Origin: Mobula hypostoma | Taxonomy: Eukaryota | Reading direction: 5' to 3' | Length of the DNA stretch: 60,000 nucleotides | Assembly: GCF_963921235.1 (NCBI RefSeq) | Contig: NC_086108.1 | Location: forward strand, 74,402,001 to 74,462,000 | Position numbers and translations under genes: made by a program | Shown here: piece after piece, positions 38,438-50,710 of the stretch | How positions within the stretch are numbered: the first letter of the stretch is position 1 | How the letters are laid out: each line of letters begins with the position of its first letter | The notes under the pieces: generated by a model | What the model was told of the DNA's origin: nothing | The model's database searches: none | What the model saw: only the letters and a program-made list of their open reading frames with translations

Positions 38438-39065
38438 AATCAGAATCAGATTAGTTATCATTGGCATGTGTCATGAAATTTGTTGTAGTACTATGACCAC
38501 TTGACATGTTAAATTAAATCAGTAGTGAAGAAGTGTTCATGGGTTCAATGTCCATTCAGAAATTTGCTAGCAGAGGGGAAGGAGATGTTCCTGTGTGTGT
38601 TGAGTGTGTGTCTTCAAGCACCTGTACCTCCTCCCGGATGGTAGCAATAAGAGGAGGGTAAGTCCTGGGTGATGGGGGCCCTTAATGATGGATTCCACCA
38701 TTTTGAGGCATTTTTCCTTCAAGATGACCTGGATGCTACGGAAGCTAATGCTGCATCTGAAATGGTGGGGGATATCCAAGATTTCATGAAACAAAAAAAA
38801 AAAAAACAGGTCCTAATGACTCTGTGGTACAGCAATCTTGCTCTTAGATCATCGATTTTACTTACCAGAGACCGTATGTTGGTCAGCAGAATAGTCAGTA
38901 GTGCTAACCAGAACCGTCGTCTCCTTAAACAAACTTTTAAACCAGTGTGGTATCCTCTCTTCCAGTGTCTTAAAGGGGAAATGCACCAGCAACCAGAGAC
39001 TGTCCAAGTTTCATTGACTTTGAGTAGCGATAGATTTTTAAAAATCACCTTAAAATGATGTCACT
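38438..39065 (-). mobile_element. Rex1/Babar-type LINE with internal deletion joining 5' APE start to 3' end
   Basis: TILLTNIRSLVSKIDDLRARL (APE N-terminus) fused to IIKGPHHPGLTLLLLLPSGRRYR; tail ctgattctgatt. Confidence 0.75.
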
Positions 39066-39289
39066 TACTGTATAGGCCGTGGCTGTAGCTGTGGATTTCA
39101 GCAGTACCAGTCTAAAACGGGAAAAGCCTTGAGTTGGCAGGTGGTGAGGCATGTGGATACCCAGCTTGTCTCGCTTGTGTAGCTATAGTAGTTATGGTAG
39201 GGAACTGCTGAAGATAATATGTCAAAGCTAAGTGATTAATGCCTGGCACATTTCAGAGGACCTGTCCTGGGCCTAGTACGCAAGTCCAA

Positions 39290-39972
39290 TTGCGAAGAAA
39301 ACACAACAGCACCTCTACTTCCTTAGGAGTTCGCAAAGACTTGGCATGTCATCTAAAACTTTGACAAACTCCTATAGATGTATGGTGGAGAGTATATTGA
39401 CTAGCTGCATCATAGCCTGGTATGAAAACACCAATGCCCTTAAATGGAAAATTCTACACAAAGTAGTGGATACAGCTCAGCCATCATGGGTAAAACCCTC
39501 CCTACCTCTGAGCACATCTACATGCAGCATTGTCGCAGGAAAACAGCATCCATCATCAGGATCTCCACCATCCAGATCTTGCTCTTTTCAATGCTGCCAT
39601 CAGGAAGAGGTACAGGAGCCTCAAGACCCACAGCACCAGGTTCAGGAACAGCTATTACCCCTCAACCAAAGGAGATAACTTTATTTGCCCCATCACTGAA
39701 ATATTCCCCACAACCTATGGACTCACTTTCAAAGAGTCTTCATCTCATGTTCTCAATATTTATTGCTTATTTATTTATTATTATTATTATTTCTTTCTTT
39801 TTGAATTTGCACAGTTTGTTGTCTTTTGCACACTGGTTGAACTCCCAGTTGGTGTTGTCTTTTGTTGATACTATTATGGATTTATTGAGCATGCACACAA
39901 GAAAACAAATCTCAGGCATGTATATGGTGTCATATACGTAATCTGATAATAAATTTGCTTTGAACTTTGAAC
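39290..39972 (+). mobile_element. Rex1/Babar-type LINE 3' fragment
   Basis: YRCMVESILTSCIIAWYEN..YRSLKTHSTRFRNSYYP; tail tttgaactttgaa. Confidence 0.85.
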
Positions 39973-40253
39973 AGCCTACACATAAATAGCTCTTACTACA
40001 TGCAGGTGTGGTCTTCATTTGTTGAGGAGATGTAGCTGTCCTTCCATTTAGGGGAGATTAATTTAAGTCCTTTTGTAGATGAAATACAAGTACAGAATAT
40101 GTGCCATTGCAAAGCGGAGGGAGTAATTCAGATGACCCTTGGTCCAGGTTGGTTAGTGGAAAGTCGCACATGTTTAAGGATTTCAGAAGCAGTTAGTTCT
40201 AGGTTAAAATGCTGCAAAAATATTTTTCTAAAGCGTTTCTTTAAACCCCACAG

Positions 40254-40451
40254 TCATTTCCAGGACGGGTTTACAACAAGTACCTCACTGTGATTATCCA
40301 CCTTCGTGAAGTCACTTGCTCCACACTGAAGGCTGATGCACTGAAGTACGAAATGAAGGAGCAGGCCTGGACTGCCTTACAGGTGTTTTCTAAAGGTTAC
40401 TGCAATACCGCAGTTTATCATCTGCCACTGTATCAAGGAGCTCCTAATCAG
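40254..40451 (+). CDS. CCDC17: Coding exon: SFPGRVYNKYLTVIIHLREVTCSTLKADALKYEMKEQAWTALQVFSKGYCNTAVYHLPLYQGAPNQ
   Basis: accccacag acceptor, gtatga donor, 198 nt, phase 0/0. Confidence 0.85.
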
Positions 40452-41569
40452 GTATGAATTTTTTGTATATATAAAAATACAGCATGCAACATCACATCAA
40501 CAATTACTGCTGGCCTCGAGATGTAGATGTAGTTCATTTCATTTGATTTACTTGGATATTTGTACCAGCATGACCACTGCAAAAGGAATGGTCAGGAGTG
40601 GTAAATAGAAAACCAAAACTTCAGAAGTTCTGGGCAATCCAGGCCAAGCTTCACTGTTTAAATTCTATCTGGTATCTAGATTGCAAATTAGGAGATGGGG
40701 ACCTAGATGAATAGAACTGCAGGAGGAATACAGATTCCTCCCAGTTCCCATAGCTATGCCTCATAGATTATCTGTCCGCTGCGAATTATCCCATAATGTC
40801 AGTAAGAAACAAGTCTAGGGGCAATTGCAGAGAAGTTGAGGAATGAAACCAAAGTATTGCTTTGGTGGGAGCTGGACGATACCCCATGAGGCAAGTGACC
40901 TTGCTACTACAAGTACTAATGGTTCCGGACAGATTAAATCCTTTCAGGACCAACTGCACCACTAAAGAATTAGAACAGCTCAGGAACTCCTATAAAGAGA
41001 ATTAAAACATTTTATAATTCTCTTACTAAGAAATTAAGTTTGTGAAGAATTGAATATTTTAAAATCATTGCCAATGTGATTCCTTAAGGAATCCCAAAAA
41101 CATGAAAGGCTGTAAAATCATCAAGTCAAACATATCCAACATTAAAGAAAAACATCAACTTTTGTAGTCTGATGTCAATGGAAACATTCCCCAGAACACA
41201 AACTCAGTAATATACCTTTAAATTCTGTATCTGCTTGTATGATAAAAAGTTAATTTCATTTTGCATGGCCACAATTAATTTGTATTGCCACTCTGACCTC
41301 CCCAAGAAAAGTGCAACACAGCACAAGCTCATAAACAGTATTAATTAACCTCCAGTAACCTACCTGGAAAGCTTGAAAACCTTACTGTACTCAAACTGTA
41401 CATGATCTACTTCATCGTTTCAAAAAAGAACAATGTTTACAAACTTCCTTCCACATCCCCCGCCCCATAAAATGGTCTGTATTCTATTTACTAAGAGTTT
41501 GTTTCCCAACTGTTATCCTCATTTATGCAAAAATGAAATTTATCGAAGTACATATAAAATAAAAAGATC

Positions 41570-42597
41570 TAGAATAGACTATTTTTGGACTTCCAGCCAG
41601 GTACAGATATTAATTTTAACCGACATTTCGATGACAAACTTTGCCATCTTCATCAGGGATGATCCTAGGCATGGCTAGTTCAGTGGTATATATCTCCCCA
41701 GTCGTCCCTCCCTCCTGATTGGTTAGTCCTCAACTAATCAAGTTTCCGCTGTCCCACCTTGTTTACAATTGAATTCCAGTTCTTACTTAGAGTGAGACCT
41801 TTGTCTTTGTTAAAATTCTTATTCCCTGGTTTTATTTCAATGGATTCCTTCACCGGGCGGTCCCAAAAGCCACTGGTGCGGCACAGTAGTTTTTTGTTGA
41901 AGTCAATCCTATGGCTATTGCAAATGCTATGCTCTGCTACTGCTGATTTCTCCGGGTAACACAAATGGATGCCTCCTATGTTCCCTGATGTGGTTGGAAG
42001 GATTGCCATAATCCTGAAGAAATACCAGATTAATACCATCCACAAACCCGTAAGGAAGCTCAAATCACAGTTTATGAGGGTCAAAGATGACCAAGGACTC
42101 AGGACGGCTAGCATTTACAGGATTGCCTGTGAATGCAGAACAGTGTATATTGGGCAGATGGAAGGCACAGTGGAAACCCACTTCAAGGAGCATAGGAGGT
42201 GTATCTGTTTGGGTTATCTGGAGAAATTGGAGACAGCAGAACATTGCATTTGCAATGGCCGTGGGAATGATTTCAATGGCATAAAACAACTGTGCTGTTT
42301 TCGGGACCGCCTGGTGAAGAAAGCTATTGAAATACGACTAGAGAAAAAGAATTTCAACAAAGATGAAGGTCTCGCTCTAAGTAATCACTGGAATTCCATT
42401 GTAAACAAGGTGGGACAGCGGAAACCTGATTGGTTGAGCACTAGCCAATCAGGAGGGTTGGATGATGAGGGTATAAATGCCACCGGACTAGACATGCCCG
42501 GGCATTATCGCTGCTGAAGGTGGCAAAGGTTGTCATTGAAATGCCGGTTAAAATCGACACTTGTACCTGGTTGGAAGCCCAAGAAGAGTTTATTCTA
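41570..42597 (+). mobile_element. Penelope/Poseidon-type element: GIY-YIG endonuclease ORF with 3' pLTR and an inverted copy upstream
   Basis: ORF 41969..42517 IYRIACECRTVYIGQ..HFKEH..AEH..RLVKKAIEI..NFNKDEG; about 41570-41990 is the reverse complement of about 42180-42597. Confidence 0.9.
41618..41660 (-). ncRNA. Hammerhead ribozyme motif in the inverted pLTR
   Basis: Minus strand: atCC CTGATGA a GATGGCAA agt TTGTCATC GAAA tGTC GGtt; long stem II, short stem I. Confidence 0.65.
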
Positions 42598-43110
42598 CAG
42601 TACATGTATGTCTCCATATCCTACGCTGAGATTCATTTTCCTGCAGTCATTCAAAGTAAATGTAAAGAAACAGAATAGAATCAATGAAAAACTGCACACA
42701 AAGCCAGACAAACAACTAATGTGCAAAAGACAACAAACTGTGCAAATCCAAAAAAAGAAAACAAAGTAATAGAGATTAAATAAATACATGAACATTGAGA
42801 GCATGAGTTGTAGAGTCCTTAAAACAGCATCCATAGATTGTGGAACCAGTTCAGTGCTGGGGTGAGTGAAGTTATCTTCTCTGGGTCAGAAGCCCGATGA
42901 TTCAGGGGTAATAACTGTTCCTGAACCTGGTGGCAAGGTTCCTGTACCACCTTCCTGATGGCAGCGGCAAGAAGAGAGCATGACCTGAATGGTGGGGGTC
43001 CATGATGATGGATGCTGCTTTCCTGCGACAGCGCTCCAATGTAGATGTGCACAATGGTGAGGAGGGCTTTACATATGATGGACCGGACTGTATCCACTAC
43101 TTCCTGATTC
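42598..43110 (-). mobile_element. Rex1/Babar-type LINE 3' fragment
   Basis: Reverse similarity to 39440-39950. Confidence 0.8.
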
Positions 43111-43401
43111 ACAGTATACTTGCAGTTGTAGGTGTAGGCTCTAGCTTTCCAGCTAGTGCCTGGACTACCATTCTGGACAAGTAGTGCAACCTCATTTCTC
43201 ACTATTTAACATAAATAATGGGTGTAGAAATCCAGCTTGGGTTTACAATTGCCAGCTGTTGCTCTAATATTTTTGCCTGGATCAAAATACCCTAAGTGGC
43301 TTATAACAGGTGGCTAAAGCAATAGCATGAACTGTACATGATGAAATTCACTTTCTCCATCAGTCCTGATTCTAATGCTCTTCACTTTTTCTTTCATGCA
43401 G

Positions 43402-43470
43402 GATGTCTTGGCTGCGTTAGCAAAGGGAGGCTGTCAGAGTATTCTGGATGATCTTGTACATAAGAATACT
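43402..43470 (+). CDS. CCDC17: Coding exon: DVLAALAKGGCQSILDDLVHKNT
   Basis: ctttcatgcag acceptor, gtaagt donor, 69 nt, phase 0/0. Confidence 0.8.
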
Positions 43471-43542
43471 GTAAGTGTCATGAGAAAAATAAGGGAGACT
43501 TAGTTTGAAATGCAATTCCCTTAAATGTATTTTCCTGCATAG

Positions 43543-43626
43543 ATTTTACGGCTGAGGGGTGCGTCAGTGCTTGTCCGTATTGCGGATGGAAGAAGGGATG
43601 AAGAGCTGGCAAGATATTCTGAACGT
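43543..43626 (+). CDS. CCDC17: Coding exon: ILRLRGASVLVRIADGRRDEELARYSER
   Basis: ttcctgcatag acceptor, gtaagc donor, 84 nt; preceded by a 72-bp intron. Confidence 0.8.
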
Positions 43627-44045
43627 GTAAGCATAGTGTTGACTCTATTTCAGTTTTACTTTCTTTTTCTATTACTTCTCAGCATTAGAACATTTTAAAA
43701 GCTTCCTATTCTTATTAGGTGAAAATATGCCTTGTAGATTTGGTCATTCCCTGTCCTGCAGTTACATCTGCCGACAACACTGACAGATTCTTCTCAAATG
43801 TAACTTGCAATGATAATATTGAGATTAAACTTTTACTTTACTAAGTTAACAGAAGCAGGCTAACAAGCTTAGTCATTTAACTAAGTGATGGATAACCATC
43901 TTCAATCTAATTACCATCTTTTTCATCCATATTAAAATACTCATGTACTGAACTTTTAGCAAGTGTGGCTCTGGTTACATTGAAGTTTATCTTATACACA
44001 TATATAGTTTTTCAGCGGGTTCTAATTATTCCTTTTCTCTTAAAG

Positions 44046-44186
44046 CATATCAATAGATCATATTTGTCACCTGAGCTCATCGAACAGTATGAACCAGAAC
44101 CCAATAATGTGTTACTGAGGCAGCTGATTCCTGCTGGCCTGTCTGTGGGAGAGTTCAAAACACAGTTATCTCAGAAATTCAGAGAG
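44046..44186 (+). CDS. CCDC17: Coding exon: HINRSYLSPELIEQYEPEPNNVLLRQLIPAGLSVGEFKTQLSQKFRE
   Basis: ttctcttaaag acceptor, gtatga donor, 141 nt, phase 0/0. Confidence 0.8.
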
Positions 44187-44284
44187 GTATGAAGATTAGA
44201 TTAGAAAACTTGTCAACATTGAAATTAGAGTGATGTGCCTTTTTCCCCTGAGCATGTTCTCAATGAAAGAATGAAAACAAGGGA

Positions 44285-44700
44285 TGTTCAAAGTCAGATT
44301 TATTATCACTGATAATCTGTCATAGATCTTGTTGCTTTGCGGCAGTACAGTCCAATGCATAAAAACTACTGTTACAATAAGAAATATAAAAAGTGCAAAA
44401 GAGCAAAATGGTGAAATAATGTTCATGGACCCTTACGAAATTTGATGGCAGGGGAAAAAAGCTGTTGCGAATCATAGTGTGCATATTTAGGCTCCTTGTG
44501 GTGGTAATGAGAAGAGGGCATTTTCTGTCTGGTGGGAGTCCTTAATGGTGGATGTTGCCTTTGAGGCATTGCTTTTTGAAGATATTCTCAATGGAGGTGG
44601 GGTGGGGAGTTCTATTGCCCATGATGAAGTTGGCTGAGCCTACAACCTTCAGCAGCTTTTTCTGATTCTGTACATTGGCACCTCCATACAAAATTGTTGG
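44285..44700 (-). mobile_element. Rex1/Babar-type LINE 3' fragment
   Basis: LYGGANVQNQKKLLKVV..SIENIFKKQCL; minus-strand aataaatctga tail. Confidence 0.7.
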
Positions 44701-45134
44701 TACTGAAGAGACACAATGCCTCAAAATCCTCGATCTAGATTTCCCTACGACAGACGAAGAACCAAAATAATGAGCTTGTCAAGCCTATAGCATTCCCCAT
44801 TGAATCATGAGGATTCTGCACTGTACAGGGAAAGCAAAGATATTTGACCATTTGCTTTAATAATTCAGAAGTGTAAAATAGTGAATCAAGCTTTCTATTC
44901 CAAATCTAACATCCATTAAGTTTTTCACCCTTGGTGCAAACTACTTCTGTTGGATGTAGGCCAGATTGACCAAATCTAACAATTCTTGGCAATTTCTTCA
45001 TCTACCCTTAAGGTCCCCTGTGGAATTATTTCCTCGCCATCATTTTAGCTGCACACATTAGCTAAATTCTGAACTACCATCACATCCTCAAAAATAAATT
45101 TCACTTTACCAACCCTGAACTTCCAATAACAAAA

Positions 45135-45545
45135 TGCCTGTCTAATGAGGATAGGCTGAGCAAGCCAAGGCTTTTTTTTCCCTCTTTGGAGTGGAGGAGG
45201 ATGAGAGGTGACTTTGTAGAAGGTGTACATGATAAGGGGCATCGATTGAGTGAATAGCTAGAGACATTCTTCAGGGCAGAAATAGCTAATGCCGGGGAGC
45301 CTGATTCTAAGATGACTGGAGGGAAGCATGGAGGAGGGAGATATCAGAGGGAAGTTATTCTCTAAACACCGTGGTGGATGCGTGAAACATGCTGCCCAAT
45401 GTGATGGAAGAGGCAGATATATCAGGGACATTTGGGCATTTAAGGCTACTTAAGTGTGTAGGGATCGATTGATCATAAGAGTAGGTTAAAAGGTTGGCAC
45501 AACATCATGGGTTAAGGGCCTGTACTGCGCTCCAATATTCTGTTC
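45135..45545 (+). mobile_element. CR1 LINE 3' end (degenerate)
   Basis: LEWRRMRGDFVEVYMI; 3' UTR gggcctgtactgcgct..tgttct. Confidence 0.75.
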
Positions 45546-45699
45546 TAAAAAAAAATCGCAACTATAAGAAGATTGCACCAGAAAGTGATGACACTTTGCG
45601 TGCAGCTGCGAAGGGAATCATCAAATTTTCCCGTTTAGAACTACTACAGCTGAAATCCACAGTCACAGCCACGAGTACTTCAGTAAGCAACATCATTTT

Positions 45700-46615
45700 A
45701 AGATGTTTTTAAAAAAAATCTATCAATTATAAAAATCGGCAGATCCCAGACTACAGGTTCAGGTTGTGAAAGTAATTTAAGCAAAAGGAAATGTGGAAAC
45801 CATGCTGGGCTGCGAGTACGATTGAAACGCACATCCTTTGGACACCACCCCCTCCCATACCCTACTATCCTGCAGGTGAATAATTGATTACCTCAGAACA
45901 AGATTGCAGTATCCCACAGTAACATCAAGGTCTGCTGTGTACTTTGCTTCAAGGAAACATGTTTCACCCCTATCATTTTGGGTGCAGCACAACAGCCGGA
46001 GAGCTTCACAATGCACAGAAGAGACTCTCAAAGCTGGAGAAGGTGGAGCTTGTTTCAGGATTAACTCATCATGGTGCACAGACATGGCAGATCTGTCCCA
46101 GTCCTGCTCACCCAACCTGGAACACTTAATGGTCAGGTGTCATTTATTTTATCTACGGAGGGAGTTTTCCACTGTTATCCTGGTAGTAATGTACAGTACA
46201 ACACCAAGCAGGCACCGGAGGAGCTGAGCACTGTGATCAGCTGTCATGAAACAACACACCCTGATCCCTTCCCTATCATTGTGGGGAATTTCAACCAAGC
46301 CAGCTTGTAGAAGTCTCTGACCAACTACTACTAACATATCACTTGTGGAACCAGAGGAGCCAAACTGTTCCCAGAAATCTATGTTCTCACTTTCAAAAAC
46401 CCTTCACCTCCTGTTCTTGATATTTATTGCTTATTTATTATTACTAATACTTAGGGTTTCTTTGGTGTTTGCAGTTTGTCTCTCGCACATTTTCTGTCCA
46501 TCTTATGTGCGATTTTTCCATTGATTCGATTGTTCCTTTTAATTGTCCCACAAGAAAATAAAGCTCAGTGTTGTATGTGGTAATATGTTGGGTAGTAATT
46601 TTACTTTGAACTTGG
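45700..46615 (+). mobile_element. Rex1/Babar-type APE fragment joined to 3' UTR
   Basis: GGACFRINSSWCTD..CSPNLEHLMVRCHLFYLRREF; PIIVGNFNQASL. Confidence 0.75.
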
Positions 46616-47128
46616 ATGTTACCTTGTGGGGTCCTCATTATTCAAAACAGTCAAGATTTAGTATCTCTGATCTCCATTTAGGGATTGCAAACACTTTCAA
46701 ACAGTTTTTCTGAGCAACAGTCCACAGTGTTTTCTGCAATCCAGGTGCCACATGGGGAATCCAGGTCTGTACCTCATCCACAAATTAAGCTAGAGATTGT
46801 GGCTTGGCAAACTGTTAGAATGAGGCTCTTCAAGCCACCTGCTTTTCAATGTCTGATCTTAGCCTCATGTCCATTTTCTTGACAGTTTTCAATTATTGGA
46901 GTCACTTCATTTAAAAATACCCCTATAATTCAATTACTCTTCTGTAAGATACACTGGAGCAGCTAAAGTGTTCTCCCTGTTTTGCTCATCTTCATTGATT
47001 AGAATTGCATCTTCTTCATTGGAGGTAAATTAATATCACTGCAGGTCTACCCAGACCCATTTGCAAGTGACTTGTCTCCTGCTCTCCCAAGGACTTTCTA
47101 TCTACAAGGCACAAGTCAGCGTGATCTA

Positions 47129-47183
47129 CAGTACTGTGAAAAAGGCTTAGGCATATATAGCCAGACTTTCCCCACAGTATTTG
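47129..47183. mobile_element. Tiny Tc1-like MITE remnant
   Basis: ta|cagtactgtgaaaaaggcttaggca...agactttccccacagtattg: imperfect palindrome with CAGTACTG ends. Confidence 0.5.
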
Positions 47184-47789
47184 TGAATGGGGAATAGAGA
47201 GTGAGTTTATAAATCTGGCAGGAGCAAAGGATGCTTGAAATGGCAAAGATGGAGTACTCTAGGAGGGTGTGGAACACACTCAACCCAGAGACACCAGGCA
47301 AGGTCATTTGATTCCCAACAATGGGTGTATTCATTAGAGTTTCTTTGATAATTCCCACTCCTCTCCTATGGCACAGTCCTGATTCCCCTTCTCCCTGACC
47401 ACAATAGAGTACTGTACCAAATCAGAATCAGGTTTATTATTACTCAGTCATGAAGTTTGTTTTTTGTGGCAGCAGTACAGTGCAATGCACAAAATTAGTA
47501 CAGCTGTAGCTACATTCTCCCTTTCAAACTGGGCATAGAGTTCATCTGGTAGTGAAGCATCGCTGCCATTCATGCTATTGGGTTTCACCTTGTAGGAAAT
47601 AAGGTCTTGCAAACTCTGCCAGTTATCATACATCTGATGTCACCTCCAACCTCATTTGGAATTGTCTCTTTGCTCTTGAAATAGCACCGCCACCCCCACA
47701 AATCATGCCTCATTTTCTGATTCTCTTAACCAGAAACTCAGTCTTATGAAAACTAAGGTTCCCTCCATTTGTTATTTTTACCTTTTATT

Positions 47790-50045
47790 CTGACAGGAAC
47801 ATACAAGCTTTGTACTCTCAAATTTTCACTTTTAAAGGCCTCCCACTTACTGTGTACCTTTGCCAGAAAACAGCCTGTCCCAATCCACACTTGCCAGATT
47901 CTTTGATAGTATCAAAATTGGCCTTTCTCCTATTTAGAATCTCAGCCCACAGAACAGATCCATCTTTTTCCACATTTACTTTGAAATTAATAGTAGTATA
48001 AACCATAGCTATAGTGTTCCCCTACACAAACTTCTGGCGCCTGCTGCTGCATTCCTTATAGCAGACGAAGTACCCCACTCTCTTGTTGGGACTTCTATGC
48101 ACTGATTAGGCAAACATTCCTGAATACATTTGACAAACTCCATCCTATCTATAACACCACCCTCCCCCCTTTAATCCCACCCACTGTCTAAAACAGAACC
48201 CCAGGCCAGCCTTGCCTCTCCTGTGACCAAGTCTCTCTAATGGCTACACCATGTGTTGATCCATGCTGAATTCATCTGCTTTACTTCATACTTCTTGCAC
48301 TGAAATATATGCAGCTCAGAACATTAGTTGCACCATGCTCAACCTTTTGATGCTCGACTTTGTCTGAAGTCTTAACCTCTTTCTCCACAACCACTCCACT
48401 ATCTGTTCTGGTTCCTATCCCCCTGCAACTTTGGTTTGAACTCCTTGGTGCAGCACCAGCAAAACCTTCTGCCAGGATATTAGTTCCCCCTCCAGTTGAG
48501 GTACAAACAGTCTCTTCTATACAGCTCCCCACTTCGCTGGAAAAGAGTCCACTGATCCAAAAATCTGACATACTACCTTCTGCAGCAACTCCTTAGGCAA
48601 GCATTAAACTCTAATCTTCCCATTTTTGGCCTCACTAGCATGTTGTATGATTATGAAGACATGCAATCCTCTTTTATTGTCATTTAGTAATGCATGCATT
48701 AAGAAATGATACAATATTTCCTCCGGTGTGATATCACAAAACACAGGACAGACCAAGACTGAAAAAAAACTAACAAAACCACATAATTATAACATAGTTA
48801 TAACAGTGTAACAATACCATAACTTGATGAAGAAGTCCATGAGCACAGTAAAAGTTCAAAGTCTTTCAAATGTCCCACATCTCACGCAGATGGGAGAAGG
48901 AAGAAAAACTCTCCCTGCCATACCCGACCACAGTCCGACTCTGAGTCATCCGAAAACTTTGAGCTCTGATCAGCTCTCCGACAGCGAGTACTGAGCGCCA
49001 TCTCTGTCCGAATGATTCAACCTCCTCCTCAGTCACCAACTGCAGGCAAAGCCAGGGATTTTGAGGCCTTCCCTCTGAAAGATTCCCGACCGTGCAGTAA
49101 TGACAGCAGCAAATGAGCATTTCAGAAATTTTTCCAGATGTTCCTCTGTGCTTTCACATCCCTCTCCAACAAATCAGAATTGTCCACGGCCCCTATTTGA
49201 CGGATACAATATCATTTTTCACCAGAGGGCTGCGCACGCACAGAGCGCTGCTTTCTCTCCTCCTGCCGAGATAGGTTGCAATCCTGAGATCACAACCCTG
49301 AAAGTCTTGTCCTTTAACTTAACGCCCAACTCACTTTGCAGAACCTCCATCACTATTCCTACCCCTGTCACTGGTAACTACAAGGAACATGCCCTCTGGC
49401 TGCTCACTCTTCCACTTAAGAATGCTGAGGACTTGATCCAAGACGTCTCAGACCCTGGCACCCAGGAGGCAATACACCACCTGGGAATCTCGTTCTCGCA
49501 ACTTCCATTCTGTTCCCTTAACTAACTCCTCCCATATCACCACAGCTTGCCTCTTCTCAGCCTTTCCTTGAGTGCTGTGACTTTCCTCTGCATTCCCCCC
49601 CGCCAAAAAAAAAGTACCCAGTGTTATTGAGGGGAATAGCCATAGGGGTACACTGCATTCATTGTTTTACCCTTCTTCCCCCTTCCTGTCATCCAGTCTC
49701 CTGCACTTTGGCTGTAACTCCTTCTCTACATGGCCCATCATACCCTCAGCCTCCCAAATGATCAGGAGTTCATCCAGTTCCAGCTCCAATCCCCAGAATG
49801 CAGAGTGGTAGAAGCTGCAGCTGGTTATACTTTTCGGTTGTAGTCTTGTCAGGAACACTGGTGATCTTCCTGCAAGAGCATTCAACTATTCTGCCTGGCA
49901 TCCCCACTGCTCACTCAAGCTTCTCCTTCTGGAGCCTCGAAGAGCTAAAGCATCAACTAACCACCATTCTCCACTCTAATGATGGCTGCTCCACTTGCCC
50001 CTGCCTTATTTTGTTCTTGCCAATCAATCCTGATCGTCAACTACT
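47790..50045 (-). mobile_element. Degenerate CR1 5' half (ORF1 esterase and ORF2 APE), interrupted by a 600-bp insert
   Basis: GGTNILAEGFA; LSCIYFSARS; LELELDEL; colinear with 15500-17050. Confidence 0.75.
48650..49267 (-). mobile_element. Non-autonomous LINE-tailed (SINE-like) element nested in CR1 ORF1
   Basis: GC-rich head ggcaggaggagagaaagcagcgc, AT-rich tail with aataaaagagg..cataatc; host CR1 sequence continues across it. Confidence 0.6.
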
Positions 50046-50157
50046 CAAAACATAAATCTGCCACGAATCAATGCCTTGTGTACCCAATTGACGAATCTGA
50101 GTGAGTGAGCCACATATTCTCATGCTTTGGATCACTGAGTGGCTGCTGCTCAAAAAA

Positions 50158-50220
50158 AAGTACTATATAAAAGTTTTACACACCCTAGCTATCTGTGGCT
50201 AAGACTTTCATACAGTACTG
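50158..50220. mobile_element. Tiny Tc1-like MITE remnant
   Basis: agtactatataaaagtttta...taagactttcatacagtactg|ta; same family as 47129-47183. Confidence 0.5.
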
Positions 50221-50710
50221 TAGAATACTCTCCACTACCTGGATAAATGCAACTCAACAAGCCAAATGCCATCCAGAACAAATGAGCCCACTTGTTTGGT
50301 CATCAACCACCCAAATCATTTCCTCTGCAACAATAATGTATGGACTGCGGGATTAAAAACAAAACTGAAAATTGCAGTTACCCACATACTTAACTTCCCC
50401 AACTTCCTATCAGGATATACCTGGATATGCATAGTAACTCCCACCTCCATTCAGACTTAATATAGCTGGTTATTGGTCCAAATCTCACAACTACTCAGCA
50501 CAGAATTAGTAATGCTTTCACCAGGACTCTAGGGCTTTCAAGTCATTCACCTCCTTTAGAAGCAGTTACAAGATGCTGGCCTAGTCAGGAATGTTCGAGC
50601 TGTAAAAATAAAACAAACTCCATCTCTACCTTATATACAAGTACCGTCACAGCTCAGTAGAATATTAAAAAAGGATAAATTTCATTTTTTTTAAACGCTC
50701 TGATGTTATA

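Larger units (their letters stand above)
4084..44186 (+). other. CCDC17: Multi-exon gene (partial), probable long-form CCDC17 with three C2-like modules in this window
   Basis: 16 exons with AG/GT boundaries and matching intron phases join into a stop-free 746-codon frame. Lies tail-to-tail with NASP, as human CCDC17 does. Repeated motif (hydrophobic-D-x-x-x-x-P ... W-x-x-L-x-[LV]-F ... G-x-H/Y-x-L-x-L ... A-T/S-h-h-h-R/H-h) resembles the C-terminal domain of human CCDC17 as I recall it. Gene structure is well supported; the name is an inference. Confidence 0.7.

Noticed and set aside
41969..42517. GIY-YIG nuclease ORF as a stand-alone host nuclease
   Set aside because: Embedded in Penelope pLTR structure; the conserved catalytic Arg and Glu positions appear substituted (TH-F-KEH, VKKAIEI); the start is created by the inversion junction.
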